A DNA stretch of 64,000 nt, from contig OZ244730.1 in NCBI GenBank assembly GCA_965219265.1, positions 2,833,834 through 2,897,833 of the forward strand, read 5' to 3'. The notes beneath the pieces are model-generated. The model saw nothing but the letters and a program-made list of their open reading frames with translations, ran no database searches and was not told the origin of the DNA. Shown piece by piece: positions 9,224-20,432 of this stretch; within the stretch, counting starts at the first letter, position 1; the number at the start of each line of letters is the position of its first letter. Made by a program: the position numbers and the translations under genes. The stretch is from Arenicellales bacterium. GTDB lineage: Bacteria > Pseudomonadota > Gammaproteobacteria > Arenicellales > JAJDZL01.

Positions 9224-10783
9224 CTATTTGGATTCCGATTCGCCTACAACTATTGTTGTTTCTGATTCCGCCATGCTTCCATAGTCCTCTTCCAGCCAGT
9301 TCTTGAATGACCAGACCATGATGATCAGTACACCCATGAGCGGCAGTGCTACCACAACCGATGCGGTTTGCAGAGGTTTAAGACCGCCAAGATACATCAA
9401 GCTGAGTGACACAGCCGCCAACATGAACGCCCAGAACAGGCGATGCCATCTAGCTGGTTCCTGCATCTCGCCATGCTGTTCTTCAGTGGCAACCGCTGCG
9501 AGCGTGAAAGCCGACGAGTCCAGAGTGGTCGCTCCGAAAATAAACGCCAGTACCACGAACACAACCAGCACAACGGTTCCGATCGGCAAAGCCATAATGG
9601 TAGCCACAATCGCTTCCGGCGCGCCGACATTCGCTAGAATGTCAGAAATTGGAACGATGCCGTTCAGGTCGAAATACATGCTGGTGTTACCCAGAATGGC
9701 GAAGAAAATCCAGCATCCAAATGTTCCGCCGACAACTTCAGCCACAATCAGCTGTCGAATCGTCCGGCCTCGGGAAATGCGCGCTACGAACAATCCCATA
9801 AATGGGGCATACGCGATCCACCACGCCCAATAGAATATCGTCCAACCCTCGGGGAACCCGCCTTTTTCAATCGGGTCCATCCAAAAACTCATGTAGATGA
9901 AATTCTGAACCAGAAGTCCTACACTATTGGTAAACGTACTGATCATGAATACCGTCGGTCCAAACAGAAAAGTAAATCCTAGAACAACGATAATCAGGAT
10001 TAGATTCACATCGCTGAGTCGCTTGATGCCTTTCTCCAGTCCGGAGTAAACGCTCATTCCGAAAATAATTGCCCAAATAATGACCACGATTACATCAAGA
10101 ATGAAAGTTCGATCTACATTGAACAACTCTGCAATACCTGCCGACAGCATTGGGGTTCCAAGTCCCATGGAAGTACCGACGCCGCCGATCAGGCCGAACA
10201 TGAACAAGATATCGATCACTTTGCCGATTATTCCTTGTGCGGCTTTGGTTCCGATAACGCCCTCGCATGCTGCAGACAAACGCAGAACTGAACGCTTGCG
10301 ATTCCATAGCAAATAGGCGAGTGGAAGCGTGGGAATACAGTAGACTGCCCAGGCAGTGAAACCCCAATGGAACATTCCATACATTGCAGCATATTCTGCA
10401 GCCTTGGCTGTCTTCGGCTCAATTCCAAGCGGCGGACCGCCGTAGTAATACGCCCACTCAATCGTTCCCCAGTAAAGAACGGCTGCACCGATTCCAGCAC
10501 AGAAAAGCATGGCGATCCAGCTGGGTAGAGAGAATTCAGGTCTGGCGTCTTCGCCGCCGAACCTGATGTGTGCGAACTTGCCCATGGCAAAGTACACAAG
10601 AATGCCGAACGCGGCAATGGTAAACCATAGGTAGGTCCAGCCCAGTTTTCCTGTGGTAACACCCAGCAGTCCGCCGAGAAATTTCTGCCCTGCTTCGGGG
10701 GCAATGATTAAAGGTATGACTAGGCATCCGATAACTATCAAGGACACCCAGAAAATTGTTTTGTCAATTTTTGGACCATTCAT
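9224..10783 (-). CDS. BCCT-family (betaine/carnitine/choline) transporter
   Basis: 519 aa, polytopic, with BCCT signature WTIFYWAWWIAYAPFMGLFVARISRGRTIRQ. Confidence 0.9.
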   Translation of the reverse strand: MNGPKIDKTIFWVSLIVIGCLVIPLIIAPEAGQKFLGGLLGVTTGKLGWTYLWFTIAAFGILVYFAMGKFAHIRFGGEDARPEFSLPSWIAMLFCAGIGAAVLYWGTIEWAYYYGGPPLGIEPKTAKAAEYAAMYGMFHWGFTAWAVYCIPTLPLAYLLWNRKRSVLRLSAACEGVIGTKAAQGIIGKVIDILFMFGLIGGVGTSMGLGTPMLSAGIAELFNVDRTFILDVIVVIIWAIIFGMSVYSGLEKGIKRLSDVNLILIIVVLGFTFLFGPTVFMISTFTNSVGLLVQNFIYMSFWMDPIEKGGFPEGWTIFYWAWWIAYAPFMGLFVARISRGRTIRQLIVAEVVGGTFGCWIFFAILGNTSMYFDLNGIVPISDILANVGAPEAIVATIMALPIGTVVLVVFVVLAFIFGATTLDSSAFTLAAVATEEQHGEMQEPARWHRLFWAFMLAAVSLSLMYLGGLKPLQTASVVVALPLMGVLIIMVWSFKNWLEEDYGSMAESETTIVVGESESK

Positions 10784-10801
10784 CTGTTCTACCTCTCAGA
10801 A

Positions 10802-11953
10802 TTAGAATCGGACCGCTCGGTCGATTTCGCTTGTTTTCGGCTTCAGCCATTCTTCAAAACTGACGCTCAGATGCGCCATGTTTTCAGCCCACCAATGCGA
10901 ATCAACACGAACCGAATTGTCCAGATTCGATGTAGGAAGATACGGTTTGACAGTATCGCTGACTAGTGCTTGTGATGATTTGCGTACAGGTCCGTAGGAA
11001 ATGTAGTTTGACTGACTCGCCATGCTCTTGGTCTGTAGCGCGAATTGAATAAAACTCTTGGCGTTGTCAAGACGGGGAGATCCTTTCGGAATCGCCCAAT
11101 ACTCGACTTCCACCATCTGCCCGTCCCAGACGATGCTAATCGGCATGTTTTCTTCTACGATTGGGCCGAATAGCCGTCCATTCCAGGCGGCGGTCATGGT
11201 GACGGTGCCGTTAGAAAGCATATTCACGGGTTCACGGCCGGAACTCCACCACACGATATGTGGTTTCAAGACCGAAGCGATCTCGAATGCATGCGCTACA
11301 CCTTGCGGCGTTGACAGCACTGAATATACGTCACTCGGTGCGACTCCTTCGGCCATCAGTGCCCATTCAAGCAGTCCTCGGGGGTCGCGGCGAAGTCCAC
11401 GCTTGCCTGGATATTTCGTTACATCGAAAAAGTCAGCAACTGTGCTCGGTTTGTCATCTGGGAATGCAAGATTGCTGTATGCAAATACGGTCGACCAGAT
11501 GACGCTTGGATAGCCGCACTCGTGAAGATATTTCTCAGGAATATCTTCATTGGCCGGCGTACCATCGTCTCCATCCGCAATGAGTGAAACATCCGCTGTT
11601 TCAAGCAGGCCGTCTCTACACGCTGCAATTAGATCCGAGAACTCCATGTCGACTACGTCCCACTTGACATTTGCAGAACTGACCTGACTTCCAATTTCAG
11701 TCAAGCCGCCGCCGTAGTCAATCATGTTGACAAACTTTCCGGTTGCGGCCTCCCAAGGACGCACGTACGCGAGCATCTGGCTGCGCGTATAACTCCCTCC
11801 GAAACTAACTACATTGAGAGTCTGCTCATATAAATTAACTTGAGCCAGTGCCTGAGTTCCGAATCCACCGAAAAGCAGAAAGATTGCAAAAGGCAACAGG
11901 AATCGACACTTGGCAAGTCGTAATAGGCGAGGAACCATAAATTTCCCCCTCAC
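10802..11953 (-). CDS. Periplasmic ABC substrate-binding protein (PotD/PotF-like family 1), orphan
   Basis: Signal peptide, ~380 aa, family-1 SBP pattern (NVVSFGGSY..., W-rich C-terminal half). No cognate permease or ATPase is adjacent. Confidence 0.7.
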   Translation of the reverse strand: MRGKFMVPRLLRLAKCRFLLPFAIFLLFGGFGTQALAQVNLYEQTLNVVSFGGSYTRSQMLAYVRPWEAATGKFVNMIDYGGGLTEIGSQVSSANVKWDVVDMEFSDLIAACRDGLLETADVSLIADGDDGTPANEDIPEKYLHECGYPSVIWSTVFAYSNLAFPDDKPSTVADFFDVTKYPGKRGLRRDPRGLLEWALMAEGVAPSDVYSVLSTPQGVAHAFEIASVLKPHIVWWSSGREPVNMLSNGTVTMTAAWNGRLFGPIVEENMPISIVWDGQMVEVEYWAIPKGSPRLDNAKSFIQFALQTKSMASQSNYISYGPVRKSSQALVSDTVKPYLPTSNLDNSVRVDSHWWAENMAHLSVSFEEWLKPKTSEIDRAVRF

Positions 11954-12265
11954 ACAATTGCGTGTGAATAAATCAAAGGAAAGAAGTGCAGTGTTGTCAC
12001 AACACTACAGTATTTGCCGTAAATTCGGCACATCATAAAAATTGTTTAGTCTGCTATGATTTTTCATTGTCGCAAACGCTGTATCTAACAATAAGGTTTA
12101 TAACAAAATACTGGTTGTTGTTTTGTATTTCAGTCCTATATCAGCACAACGCCAGTACCCATTACGTATTTTTGTTGAAATAATTTCTGTTTCAAGTTGA
12201 TTGCGATCTTGTCGCAGGGTTCGCAACAGTGCTGAAACAACTCGACTAGAGGAGAGAGAACGACT

Positions 12266-12955
12266 TTGGACAGTAAGCCTGAACCCATCATATCCCTGCA
12301 CAACCTGTGGCTTGAGCTAGACAGCCAGGCGGGAAAAGTCCAAATTTTGCGCGGTATCGACCTTGAAGTTCCAAATGGAGAAAGCGTCAGTATTTCTGGA
12401 CCGTCCGGCGCCGGTAAAACGAGCTTGATGATGATAATCGGTGGAATCGAGAACGCAACTCGTGGAACCGTAACCGTTGCAGGTCAATCTCTGATCGATC
12501 TGGACGAAAAAAACTTGGCGAAATTTCGTGGAAATAGCGTGGGGATCGTTTTTCAGTCGTTTCACCTGATTCCTACTATGACAGCATTGGAGAACGCAGC
12601 CATGCCGCTAGAGTTGTCGGGTGCATCGGACGCATTTGCCCAGGCTGAGGAGGACCTCGTCAAAGTCGGTTTGGAGAGGCGGCTTGATCATTATCCAAGT
12701 CAGCTCTCCGGAGGAGAACAGCAGCGAGTGGCCATCGCGCGTGCTTTGATCACGCAGCCTGAGTTGATTCTTGCGGACGAACCGACCGGAAATCTGGACA
12801 ATTTGAATAGTGAGAACATCATTAATCTTCTATTTGAGCGATGCGCCGAGAAAAATGCCACACTGCTTCTGATTACCCATCAAGCTGAACTCGCAGAGCG
12901 ATGCAAACGGCATATTGAATTATCCGACGGCAAAATTGTGAGTAATCGCATCTGA
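12266..12955 (+). CDS. ABC transporter ATP-binding protein, YbbA/LolD-like
   Basis: Walker [10 protein letters not shown], signature [15 protein letters not shown], Walker [13 protein letters not shown]. Followed by an FtsX-type permease. Confidence 0.88.
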   Translation: MDSKPEPIISLHNLWLELDSQAGKVQILRGIDLEVPNGESVSISGPSGAGKTSLMMIIGGIENATRGTVTVAGQSLIDLDEKNLAKFRGNSVGIVFQSFHLIPTMTALENAAMPLELSGASDAFAQAEEDLVKVGLERRLDHYPSQLSGGEQQRVAIARALITQPELILADEPTGNLDNLNSENIINLLFERCAEKNATLLLITHQAELAERCKRHIELSDGKIVSNRI

Positions 12956-12962
12956 CCAGCGC

Positions 12963-15491
12963 TTGATGAACTCCACAGTCGTAAAATTTGCCTTACGCGA
13001 TTTGCGTCATGGATATCGCGGATTCTGGATATTCTTTGGTTGTCTGGCATTGGGTGTGGCTGCAATCATGGGAGTTACGACCATGTCGACGAGCCTGCTG
13101 AATGGCATTGAGCGAGATGGAAAACTCCTTCTTGGCGGTGATATTGCAATTGGGCAGCAATGGCAAGATCTGACCGATGAGCAGCGAATTGTGCTGGAGG
13201 AGAATGCAGGGCACATCACACGGTTTGTTGAAATGCGAACTCTGATGCGCACGCCGGATGCTCGTAACAGCATTTTGGTTTCTCTAAAAGCAGTAGATGA
13301 CGTATACCCTCTGTATGGCACCTTCGAGATAAATGAAGGCCTGAAGTTGTCAGACGCGATTGAGCGCGACGGAAAGGACTGGGGAGCGGTCGTTGATGCC
13401 GCCATTGTTGAGTCGGGCAGAGCTGAGATCGGAGAGCATGTCTCTATGGGCACTGCGAGCTTCAAGATTACCGGCATCATCAGGAACGAACCTGATCGAA
13501 TTGGCAGTTCTGGAAGTTTCGCATTTTGGCCGAGAGTGATCGTTCATCGTGACGCGATTGTGAATTCCAGACTGCTGGGAGAAGGCAGTCGCAGTTACTA
13601 CGAATATCGCCTGAAGCTGAACGAGAATGTCGATCTCGATCAGCTCTCAAGCGGACTTGCGGAACAATATCCGCTTTTGGATGTGCGCGATTATCACAAC
13701 GCATCACCAAATTTATCCGAAGTCGTTCAGCGTCTTGGTGTCCTGCTGTCGCTCGCCGGGCTCACGACTCTACTGATTGGAGGGGTTGGAGTAAGCAACG
13801 CGGTTCGAGCCTACATGGATACCCGTTTATCGACAATTGCTATTTTCAAGTGTGTCGGAGCTTCCAAAAATTTTGTATTTAACGTGTATCTGACTCAGAC
13901 ATTGCTGCTTTCGACTGTCGGAATAATTCTGGGCATTGCAGGAGGATTCGCGGCAACGTCTTTCAGTGCAGCGGCAATCGAACAAATGCTGTCGGTACCG
14001 ATTGCGCTATCATTCAACCTCTCGAATGTTTTGATTGTGTCAACGTACGGCATGTTGACAGCTTTGCTGTTTACGCTTTGGCCGCTGGCATGTGCACTGA
14101 ATACAACACCAGCTGCGCTATTTCGTAATGCGGTATCGAATGAAAGGCAAACTGCGTCGTGGAGATTTGCCGCGACTTCGATTGCGCTGGCAGCGTCTTT
14201 AGCGATTATCGTGATTACAACCGCGCATGAGCAACGGTTCGCAATCTGGTTCGTAATTGGCGTTACACTGGCCTGGATCGCATTTAGAGTCATCAGCGCG
14301 CTGATCGTGAAGGCGGCAAAAGGCATGGGCAGGCCACGTTCTTCCACAGCAAGGCTTGCAATCACGAATCTGCACAGACCTGGCTCCTCCACCTCGGATA
14401 TTGTGCTTGCAATCGGCCTTGGACTATCGGTCTTGATCGCTACTGCGATGGTTTCAGCAAATCTCGACAAACAAATGAACGGTCTGATTCCGGAAAAGGC
14501 TCCAGCATTTTTCTTCATGAGCATTCAGTCATCGCAACTTGATCAGTTCAAGGAGCTCGTACATAGTATTGATGGTGTAAGCGATCTCACTGTGCTGCCC
14601 TACATTCGAGGCAGGATCACTGCAATCAAGGGAATGCATCCACGCGACGCGCTGGTTGACGAAGGCGGTGAGTGGCTGATAGACGACAACGGAGAGAGAG
14701 CTTTTTCGTATACTGCCAACCCGCTCGACCAAGTCACAATGATAGAGGGCGACTGGTGGCCGAGCGACTACAGTGGCTTGCCAATGCTTTCGGTTCACAA
14801 AGATGTCGCTGACAGTTTCGCACTTGAAATCGGAGATAGTATTACGATGAATATCCTCGGTCGCGACATTACAGGTAAAGTACGTAATGTACGCGAACTG
14901 GAGTGGCGCTCCATGCAATTGAACTTTGCGATCATGCTGTCGCCGGAACCCTTGAGATCGATTCCGCATTCGAGCATTGGCACAGTACACGTGACGGAAG
15001 AAAATGAGTTCGTTCTTCAGGAGCGAGTTGCAAGTGCGTTCCCGAACATTACCGTCATTCGAATTAAAGACGCGTTGAATCGAGTGAATGATTTGATGAT
15101 TCGAGGAAAAAACGCCGCACGCGGAATCAGTGCCGTGACGATAATTGCAGGTGTACTGGTACTCACCGGGATCGTGATTTCAGAAAACCGTCGCCGTGCT
15201 TACGAAAGCGTGCTTCTAAAAACGATAGGCGCCTCGCGTCGCTACATTCTCACCGTATTTTCGCTCGAATATCTGCTTCAAGGAGGCATTACTGCGGTGG
15301 TTGCGGTACTGCTAGGTTCTCTCTCGTCCTGGGCCGTAATATCCGTACTGATGGGATGGGAGTGGTTCTTTATTCCTTTATCTGCCGTGAGCACGGCAAT
15401 ACTTGGTTTGTCGATCTCACTGTTTCTTGGCATGATGGGGATTTGGAGAGCGTTGAAAACCAGGCCTTTGTTTTATTTGCGGAACGAGTAA
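12963..15491 (+). CDS. FtsX-like ABC permease with duplicated FtsX domains, YbbP-like
   Basis: 842 aa with two 4-TM FtsX modules separated by a large soluble domain. ATG at 12966. Confidence 0.85.
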   Translation: MMNSTVVKFALRDLRHGYRGFWIFFGCLALGVAAIMGVTTMSTSLLNGIERDGKLLLGGDIAIGQQWQDLTDEQRIVLEENAGHITRFVEMRTLMRTPDARNSILVSLKAVDDVYPLYGTFEINEGLKLSDAIERDGKDWGAVVDAAIVESGRAEIGEHVSMGTASFKITGIIRNEPDRIGSSGSFAFWPRVIVHRDAIVNSRLLGEGSRSYYEYRLKLNENVDLDQLSSGLAEQYPLLDVRDYHNASPNLSEVVQRLGVLLSLAGLTTLLIGGVGVSNAVRAYMDTRLSTIAIFKCVGASKNFVFNVYLTQTLLLSTVGIILGIAGGFAATSFSAAAIEQMLSVPIALSFNLSNVLIVSTYGMLTALLFTLWPLACALNTTPAALFRNAVSNERQTASWRFAATSIALAASLAIIVITTAHEQRFAIWFVIGVTLAWIAFRVISALIVKAAKGMGRPRSSTARLAITNLHRPGSSTSDIVLAIGLGLSVLIATAMVSANLDKQMNGLIPEKAPAFFFMSIQSSQLDQFKELVHSIDGVSDLTVLPYIRGRITAIKGMHPRDALVDEGGEWLIDDNGERAFSYTANPLDQVTMIEGDWWPSDYSGLPMLSVHKDVADSFALEIGDSITMNILGRDITGKVRNVRELEWRSMQLNFAIMLSPEPLRSIPHSSIGTVHVTEENEFVLQERVASAFPNITVIRIKDALNRVNDLMIRGKNAARGISAVTIIAGVLVLTGIVISENRRRAYESVLLKTIGASRRYILTVFSLEYLLQGGITAVVAVLLGSLSSWAVISVLMGWEWFFIPLSAVSTAILGLSISLFLGMMGIWRALKTRPLFYLRNE

Positions 15492-15593
15492 GGTGTTGTG
15501 CGCGAATGATGCGAAAAGCGCGTTTGGTATAATAAACAGGGTTGCAAGCATAAATTGCAATTACCTTTACTCGGACAGGCGTTCCAGTTGACC

Positions 15594-16067
15594 ATGCATA
15601 CAAGTTCCAAAAAATCTTTTCTAGAATTGTGGGTAGGACTGTTTGTTCTAGGAGGCATTCTGGCGGTCGTACTGCTTACTTTCAGGGTAGGCGGCACCGG
15701 TGCATTCACTGTTGAGCGCAACTATCAGGTTTATGCCAATTTCGATAATATCGGCGGTTTGACGATCAAGGCACCGGTAACGATTGCCGGCGTGAACGTC
15801 GGCCGCGTGTCGGGCATCACTGTAAATCTGCAACAATTCAGTGCCAGGGTAGAAATGTCGATTTCGGAAGAGTTCGACAATATTCCGGTTGATTCAAGCG
15901 CCAGAATTTTGACTGCAGGTCTGCTGGGTGCGCAATACATCGGATTGGAACAGGGTGCGGAAGACATTTTTCTGAAGGATGGAGACACGCTTGACATTAC
16001 GCAGTCAGCATTCAGTTTGGAAGATATCATTGGCGAGTTCTTGTTCAGAGTGACGACGGGCAACTGA
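15594..16067 (+). CDS. mlaD: MCE-domain protein MlaD (outer-membrane lipid asymmetry maintenance)
   Basis: N-terminal TM segment (ELWVGLFVLGGILAVVLL) followed by an MCE domain (YANFDNIGGLTIKAPVTIAGVNVGRV). The ORF is open from 15555. Confidence 0.8.
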   Translation: MHTSSKKSFLELWVGLFVLGGILAVVLLTFRVGGTGAFTVERNYQVYANFDNIGGLTIKAPVTIAGVNVGRVSGITVNLQQFSARVEMSISEEFDNIPVDSSARILTAGLLGAQYIGLEQGAEDIFLKDGDTLDITQSAFSLEDIIGEFLFRVTTGN

Positions 16068-16072
16068 AGAAT

Positions 16073-16390
16073 ATGGCTGTGCAAGTGAATACGTCAATTA
16101 GCAGTGATTTCACTGCCGATGTTAGTGTTCAAGGTGCGCTTCGGTTTGACACAGTTAGCTCTATTTATAAAAATCTGAAGTTCGGTGAGAATGGATGCAA
16201 ACGGTTTCGGATCGACCTCAGTGGTGTCGAAGGAGCAGATAGTGCAGGAGTCGCACTTTGTCTCAGTTGGATAGAGAGTGCGCGCTGTAACGATGTCGAA
16301 ATCGAATTCGTTTGCGTGCCTGAAAACATGATGAGGCTCTTGCGTGTAAATCAGGTTGACGAACTGTTCAAAGTTGCGCATGCTATTTGA
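16073..16390 (+). CDS. mlaB: STAS-domain protein, MlaB-like
   Basis: 105 aa with pattern IDLSGVEGADSAGVALCLSW...VPENMMRLLRV, typical of MlaB/anti-sigma-antagonist STAS. Sits between mlaD and ibaG. Confidence 0.6.
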   Translation: MAVQVNTSISSDFTADVSVQGALRFDTVSSIYKNLKFGENGCKRFRIDLSGVEGADSAGVALCLSWIESARCNDVEIEFVCVPENMMRLLRVNQVDELFKVAHAI

Positions 16391-16461
16391 TTTTTTGATT
16401 GTGTTAAAATGTCAAAATCTTGTAAGCACCATGAATTGAATGAATCTGGATTGGCATTGAG

Positions 16462-16704
16462 ATGGTAACGCCCGAAGATGTGAAGCAATGGATTGAGGAA
16501 GCCCTGAGTGATTCATCAGCCGAAGTAGTTGGAGACGGCAGGCATTTTGAAGCCGTTGTTGTGTGCCCGCAATTCGATGGCAAGTCGATGCTAGAGCAGC
16601 ACAGGATGGTTTATGGTGGGCTAGGCAGTAGAATGGATGATGCGATTCATGCATTGTCCTTACGAACATTCACTCCCGAACAATGGAATTGCAATCCTGC
16701 CTGA
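16462..16704 (+). CDS. ibaG: BolA-family protein (IbaG/YrbA-like)
   Basis: 80 aa with GDGRHFEAVVVCPQFDGKSMLEQHRMVY. Conserved position upstream of murA. Confidence 0.8.
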   Translation: MVTPEDVKQWIEEALSDSSAEVVGDGRHFEAVVVCPQFDGKSMLEQHRMVYGGLGSRMDDAIHALSLRTFTPEQWNCNPA

Positions 16705-16752
16705 CTGTCCGAAACAGATGATTATCAAACACTGACAGGAGAAATCGAAATT

Positions 16753-17064
16753 ATGGATGTTGAAGACCGCATCAAAGAAACAGTAACCAACAACCGAGTT
16801 GTTCTATTCATGAAAGGAACGCCTCAGTTTCCACAGTGTGGATTTTCCAGCCGCGCGATACAAATCCTTGAAGCCTGCGGAACGGAGTACGAAACAGTGA
16901 ATGTATTAAGCGATATGGATGTCCGCGAAGGCATCAAGCGCTATTCGAACTGGCCTACAATCCCACAAGTTTATATCAATGGTGAATTCGTAGGTGGCAG
17001 TGATATCCTGCTGTCGATGTATCAGAATGGCGAACTTCAATCAAAGCTAAACCCTGTAAACTGA
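16753..17064 (+). CDS. grxD: Monothiol glutaredoxin, Grx4 family
   Basis: CGFS active site (PQCGFSSRA), [16 protein letters not shown], 103 aa. Confidence 0.92.
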   Translation: MDVEDRIKETVTNNRVVLFMKGTPQFPQCGFSSRAIQILEACGTEYETVNVLSDMDVREGIKRYSNWPTIPQVYINGEFVGGSDILLSMYQNGELQSKLNPVN

Positions 17065-18420
<1,356 letters not shown>

Positions 18421-18478
18421 AGTCGCGAGACCCAGCGAATTCCACTCTCCACCATCTGCATGGCGGATTGCGATAAAT

Positions 18479-19141
18479 ATGCCCAATAGTCGCATAACGA
18501 TTGCTATTTCAAAAGGTCGAATCACCAAAGCGGTGCAACCGCTATTGGAATCGGCAGGTATCGGGCCGCTTGAAGACTTGCACAATTCGAGAAAGTTGGT
18601 GTTCGAGACGAAGATGCCTGACGTTGACCTGATTGTTGTGCGTAGCACTGATGTCCCCACTTATGTCCAACTAGGCAGTGCTGACTTTGGAATTGTCGGC
18701 AAGGATGTACTGCTTGAGATTCAAAACGGCAGCTACTATGAACTGGTTGATCTCGGAATATCTCGATGTCAGCTGGTAGTCGCTGAAGTAGAGGAATTCG
18801 AGCCGGAACAAGGTTATAGCGGTCGCAAGAGCAGGGTGGCGACCAAGTATGTCAATACAACTAGAAGACACTTTGCTTCAAAAGGAATTTATGTTGACGT
18901 GATGCACCTGAGCGGTTCGATGGAACTTGCCCCATTGCGTGGTCTGGCAGATCGAATCGTAGATTTGTCGCAGACTGGCGAAACGCTTCGCAGCAACGGT
19001 TTAAAGAAAGTCGAAACTATTGCCGACATCAGTACGCGTCTGATTGCCAACAAGGCCTCCATGCGGCTCAAAGAGAAATCAATGAAATACATTGCAGGTA
19101 ATTTGGAAGCGGCTGCTCGAGAACATGCCGATGGAACTTGA
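18479..19141 (+). CDS. hisG: ATP phosphoribosyltransferase, short form (HisG-S)
   Basis: Starts MPNSRITIAISKGRI at ATG 18479; the ORF is open from 18344, inside murA. At ~220 aa it is the short form, which by established knowledge needs HisZ. No hisZ lies in this window. Confidence 0.9.
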   Translation: MPNSRITIAISKGRITKAVQPLLESAGIGPLEDLHNSRKLVFETKMPDVDLIVVRSTDVPTYVQLGSADFGIVGKDVLLEIQNGSYYELVDLGISRCQLVVAEVEEFEPEQGYSGRKSRVATKYVNTTRRHFASKGIYVDVMHLSGSMELAPLRGLADRIVDLSQTGETLRSNGLKKVETIADISTRLIANKASMRLKEKSMKYIAGNLEAAAREHADGT

Positions 19142-20432
19142 GATTCGTCAGCTTTCCACTTCCGAAAGTTCATTTGAGGATGAACTGAACGACATATTGT
19201 CCAGAGGTTCCGAATTCGACCCTGATGTCGATCGTACGGTTCGCAGAATCATAGAAAATGTCAGATGCCGGGGTGATGAAGCACTGCTGGAATGTACGCG
19301 GGAGTATGATCGAAATCACGCGAAATCCGCGAGTGACCTGGAAATTCATTCTCAAGAACTGCAGAATGCCGCCAACCGGATTCAGCCAGAAGTGCTTGAA
19401 GCCATTCAATTCGCTGCCAACAGAGTTCGTAGATTTCATGAACGGCAAATGGAAACTTCGTGGACCTACGAAGAGGACGATGGTTCTCAGTATGGCCAGC
19501 AGTTGACTCCAATAGAAAACGTCGGAGTTTATGTGCCAGGAGGGCGTGCTGCGTACCCGTCTTCAGTGCTGATGACTGCAGTGCCAGCGAAAGTCGCAGG
19601 CGTCAGTCAGATTGTCATGACGGTTCCGGCGCCAGAAGGGGAAATCAGAGACTCTGTTCTGGCTGCCGCACATGTAGCGGGAGTCGATCGTGTATTTGCC
19701 ATTGGAGGAGCACAGGCCATAGCGGCACTAGCGTTTGGCACGGAAACAGTCCCCAGGGTGGACAAAATTGTTGGTCCCGGCAATGCTTGGGTTTCTGCGG
19801 CAAAACGCCAAGTTTTCGGTCATGTGGGCATCGACCTCATTGCAGGTCCCTCTGAAGTGGTCGTAGTCTGTGATGACAGTGCTGATGCGAATTGGGCAGC
19901 CATGGATTTATTTGCTCAGGCCGAGCACGATCAAGATGCTCAGTCTATTCTGATTTGCACTAGCTGCGAGAAGATTGAAGAAGTGCGAAAGGCCATGCAG
20001 GAAGAGCTTCCGGGAATGGAAAGAAAGGATGTCATCGCTCGTGCATTGGCCAAACAAGGCGCTTTGATTCACGTCAGGAGTCAGGAAGAGCTGATTCAGC
20101 TGGTCAATCGGTTGGCTCCGGAACATCTTGAACTGATGGTGGAAAATCCGAGTGCTCTCGTGGGAAAGATTCGTAATGCAGGGGCAATCTTTGTCGGTCC
20201 TCACAGTGCTGAGGTGCTTGGCGACTACTGTGCCGGCCCCAATCATGTGCTGCCTACATCCGGTGCTGCGAGATTCAGTTCTCCGCTCGGTGTGTACGAC
20301 TACCTGAAACGAACCTCGTTGATCTCTTGCTCACCTGAAGGCTCAAGGCGCCTTGCTCGAACTGCGAGCATCCTGGCTCGTGAGGAGCAGCTTACGGCGC
20401 ATGCTCGCTCGGCTGAGTATCGGGAGCAGTGA
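19131..20432 (+). CDS. hisD: Histidinol dehydrogenase HisD
   Basis: ~433 aa from MELEIRQLS, with conserved QAEHD and GPNHVLPT motifs. Overlaps the hisG stop. Confidence 0.95.
   Translation: MELEIRQLSTSESSFEDELNDILSRGSEFDPDVDRTVRRIIENVRCRGDEALLECTREYDRNHAKSASDLEIHSQELQNAANRIQPEVLEAIQFAANRVRRFHERQMETSWTYEEDDGSQYGQQLTPIENVGVYVPGGRAAYPSSVLMTAVPAKVAGVSQIVMTVPAPEGEIRDSVLAAAHVAGVDRVFAIGGAQAIAALAFGTETVPRVDKIVGPGNAWVSAAKRQVFGHVGIDLIAGPSEVVVVCDDSADANWAAMDLFAQAEHDQDAQSILICTSCEKIEEVRKAMQEELPGMERKDVIARALAKQGALIHVRSQEELIQLVNRLAPEHLELMVENPSALVGKIRNAGAIFVGPHSAEVLGDYCAGPNHVLPTSGAARFSSPLGVYDYLKRTSLISCSPEGSRRLARTASILAREEQLTAHARSAEYREQ

Noticed and set aside
9303-10704. ORFs of 60-176 aa antisense or out of frame within the BCCT transporter gene (9303-9833, 10228-10704)
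   Set aside because: They lie fully inside a strongly supported 519-aa transporter ORF and have Arg/Ser/Pro-rich shadow composition.
13895-14990. 209-aa and 153-aa minus-strand ORFs inside the ybbP-like permease
   Set aside because: They are antisense shadows of a well-supported 842-aa FtsX permease, with no motifs.
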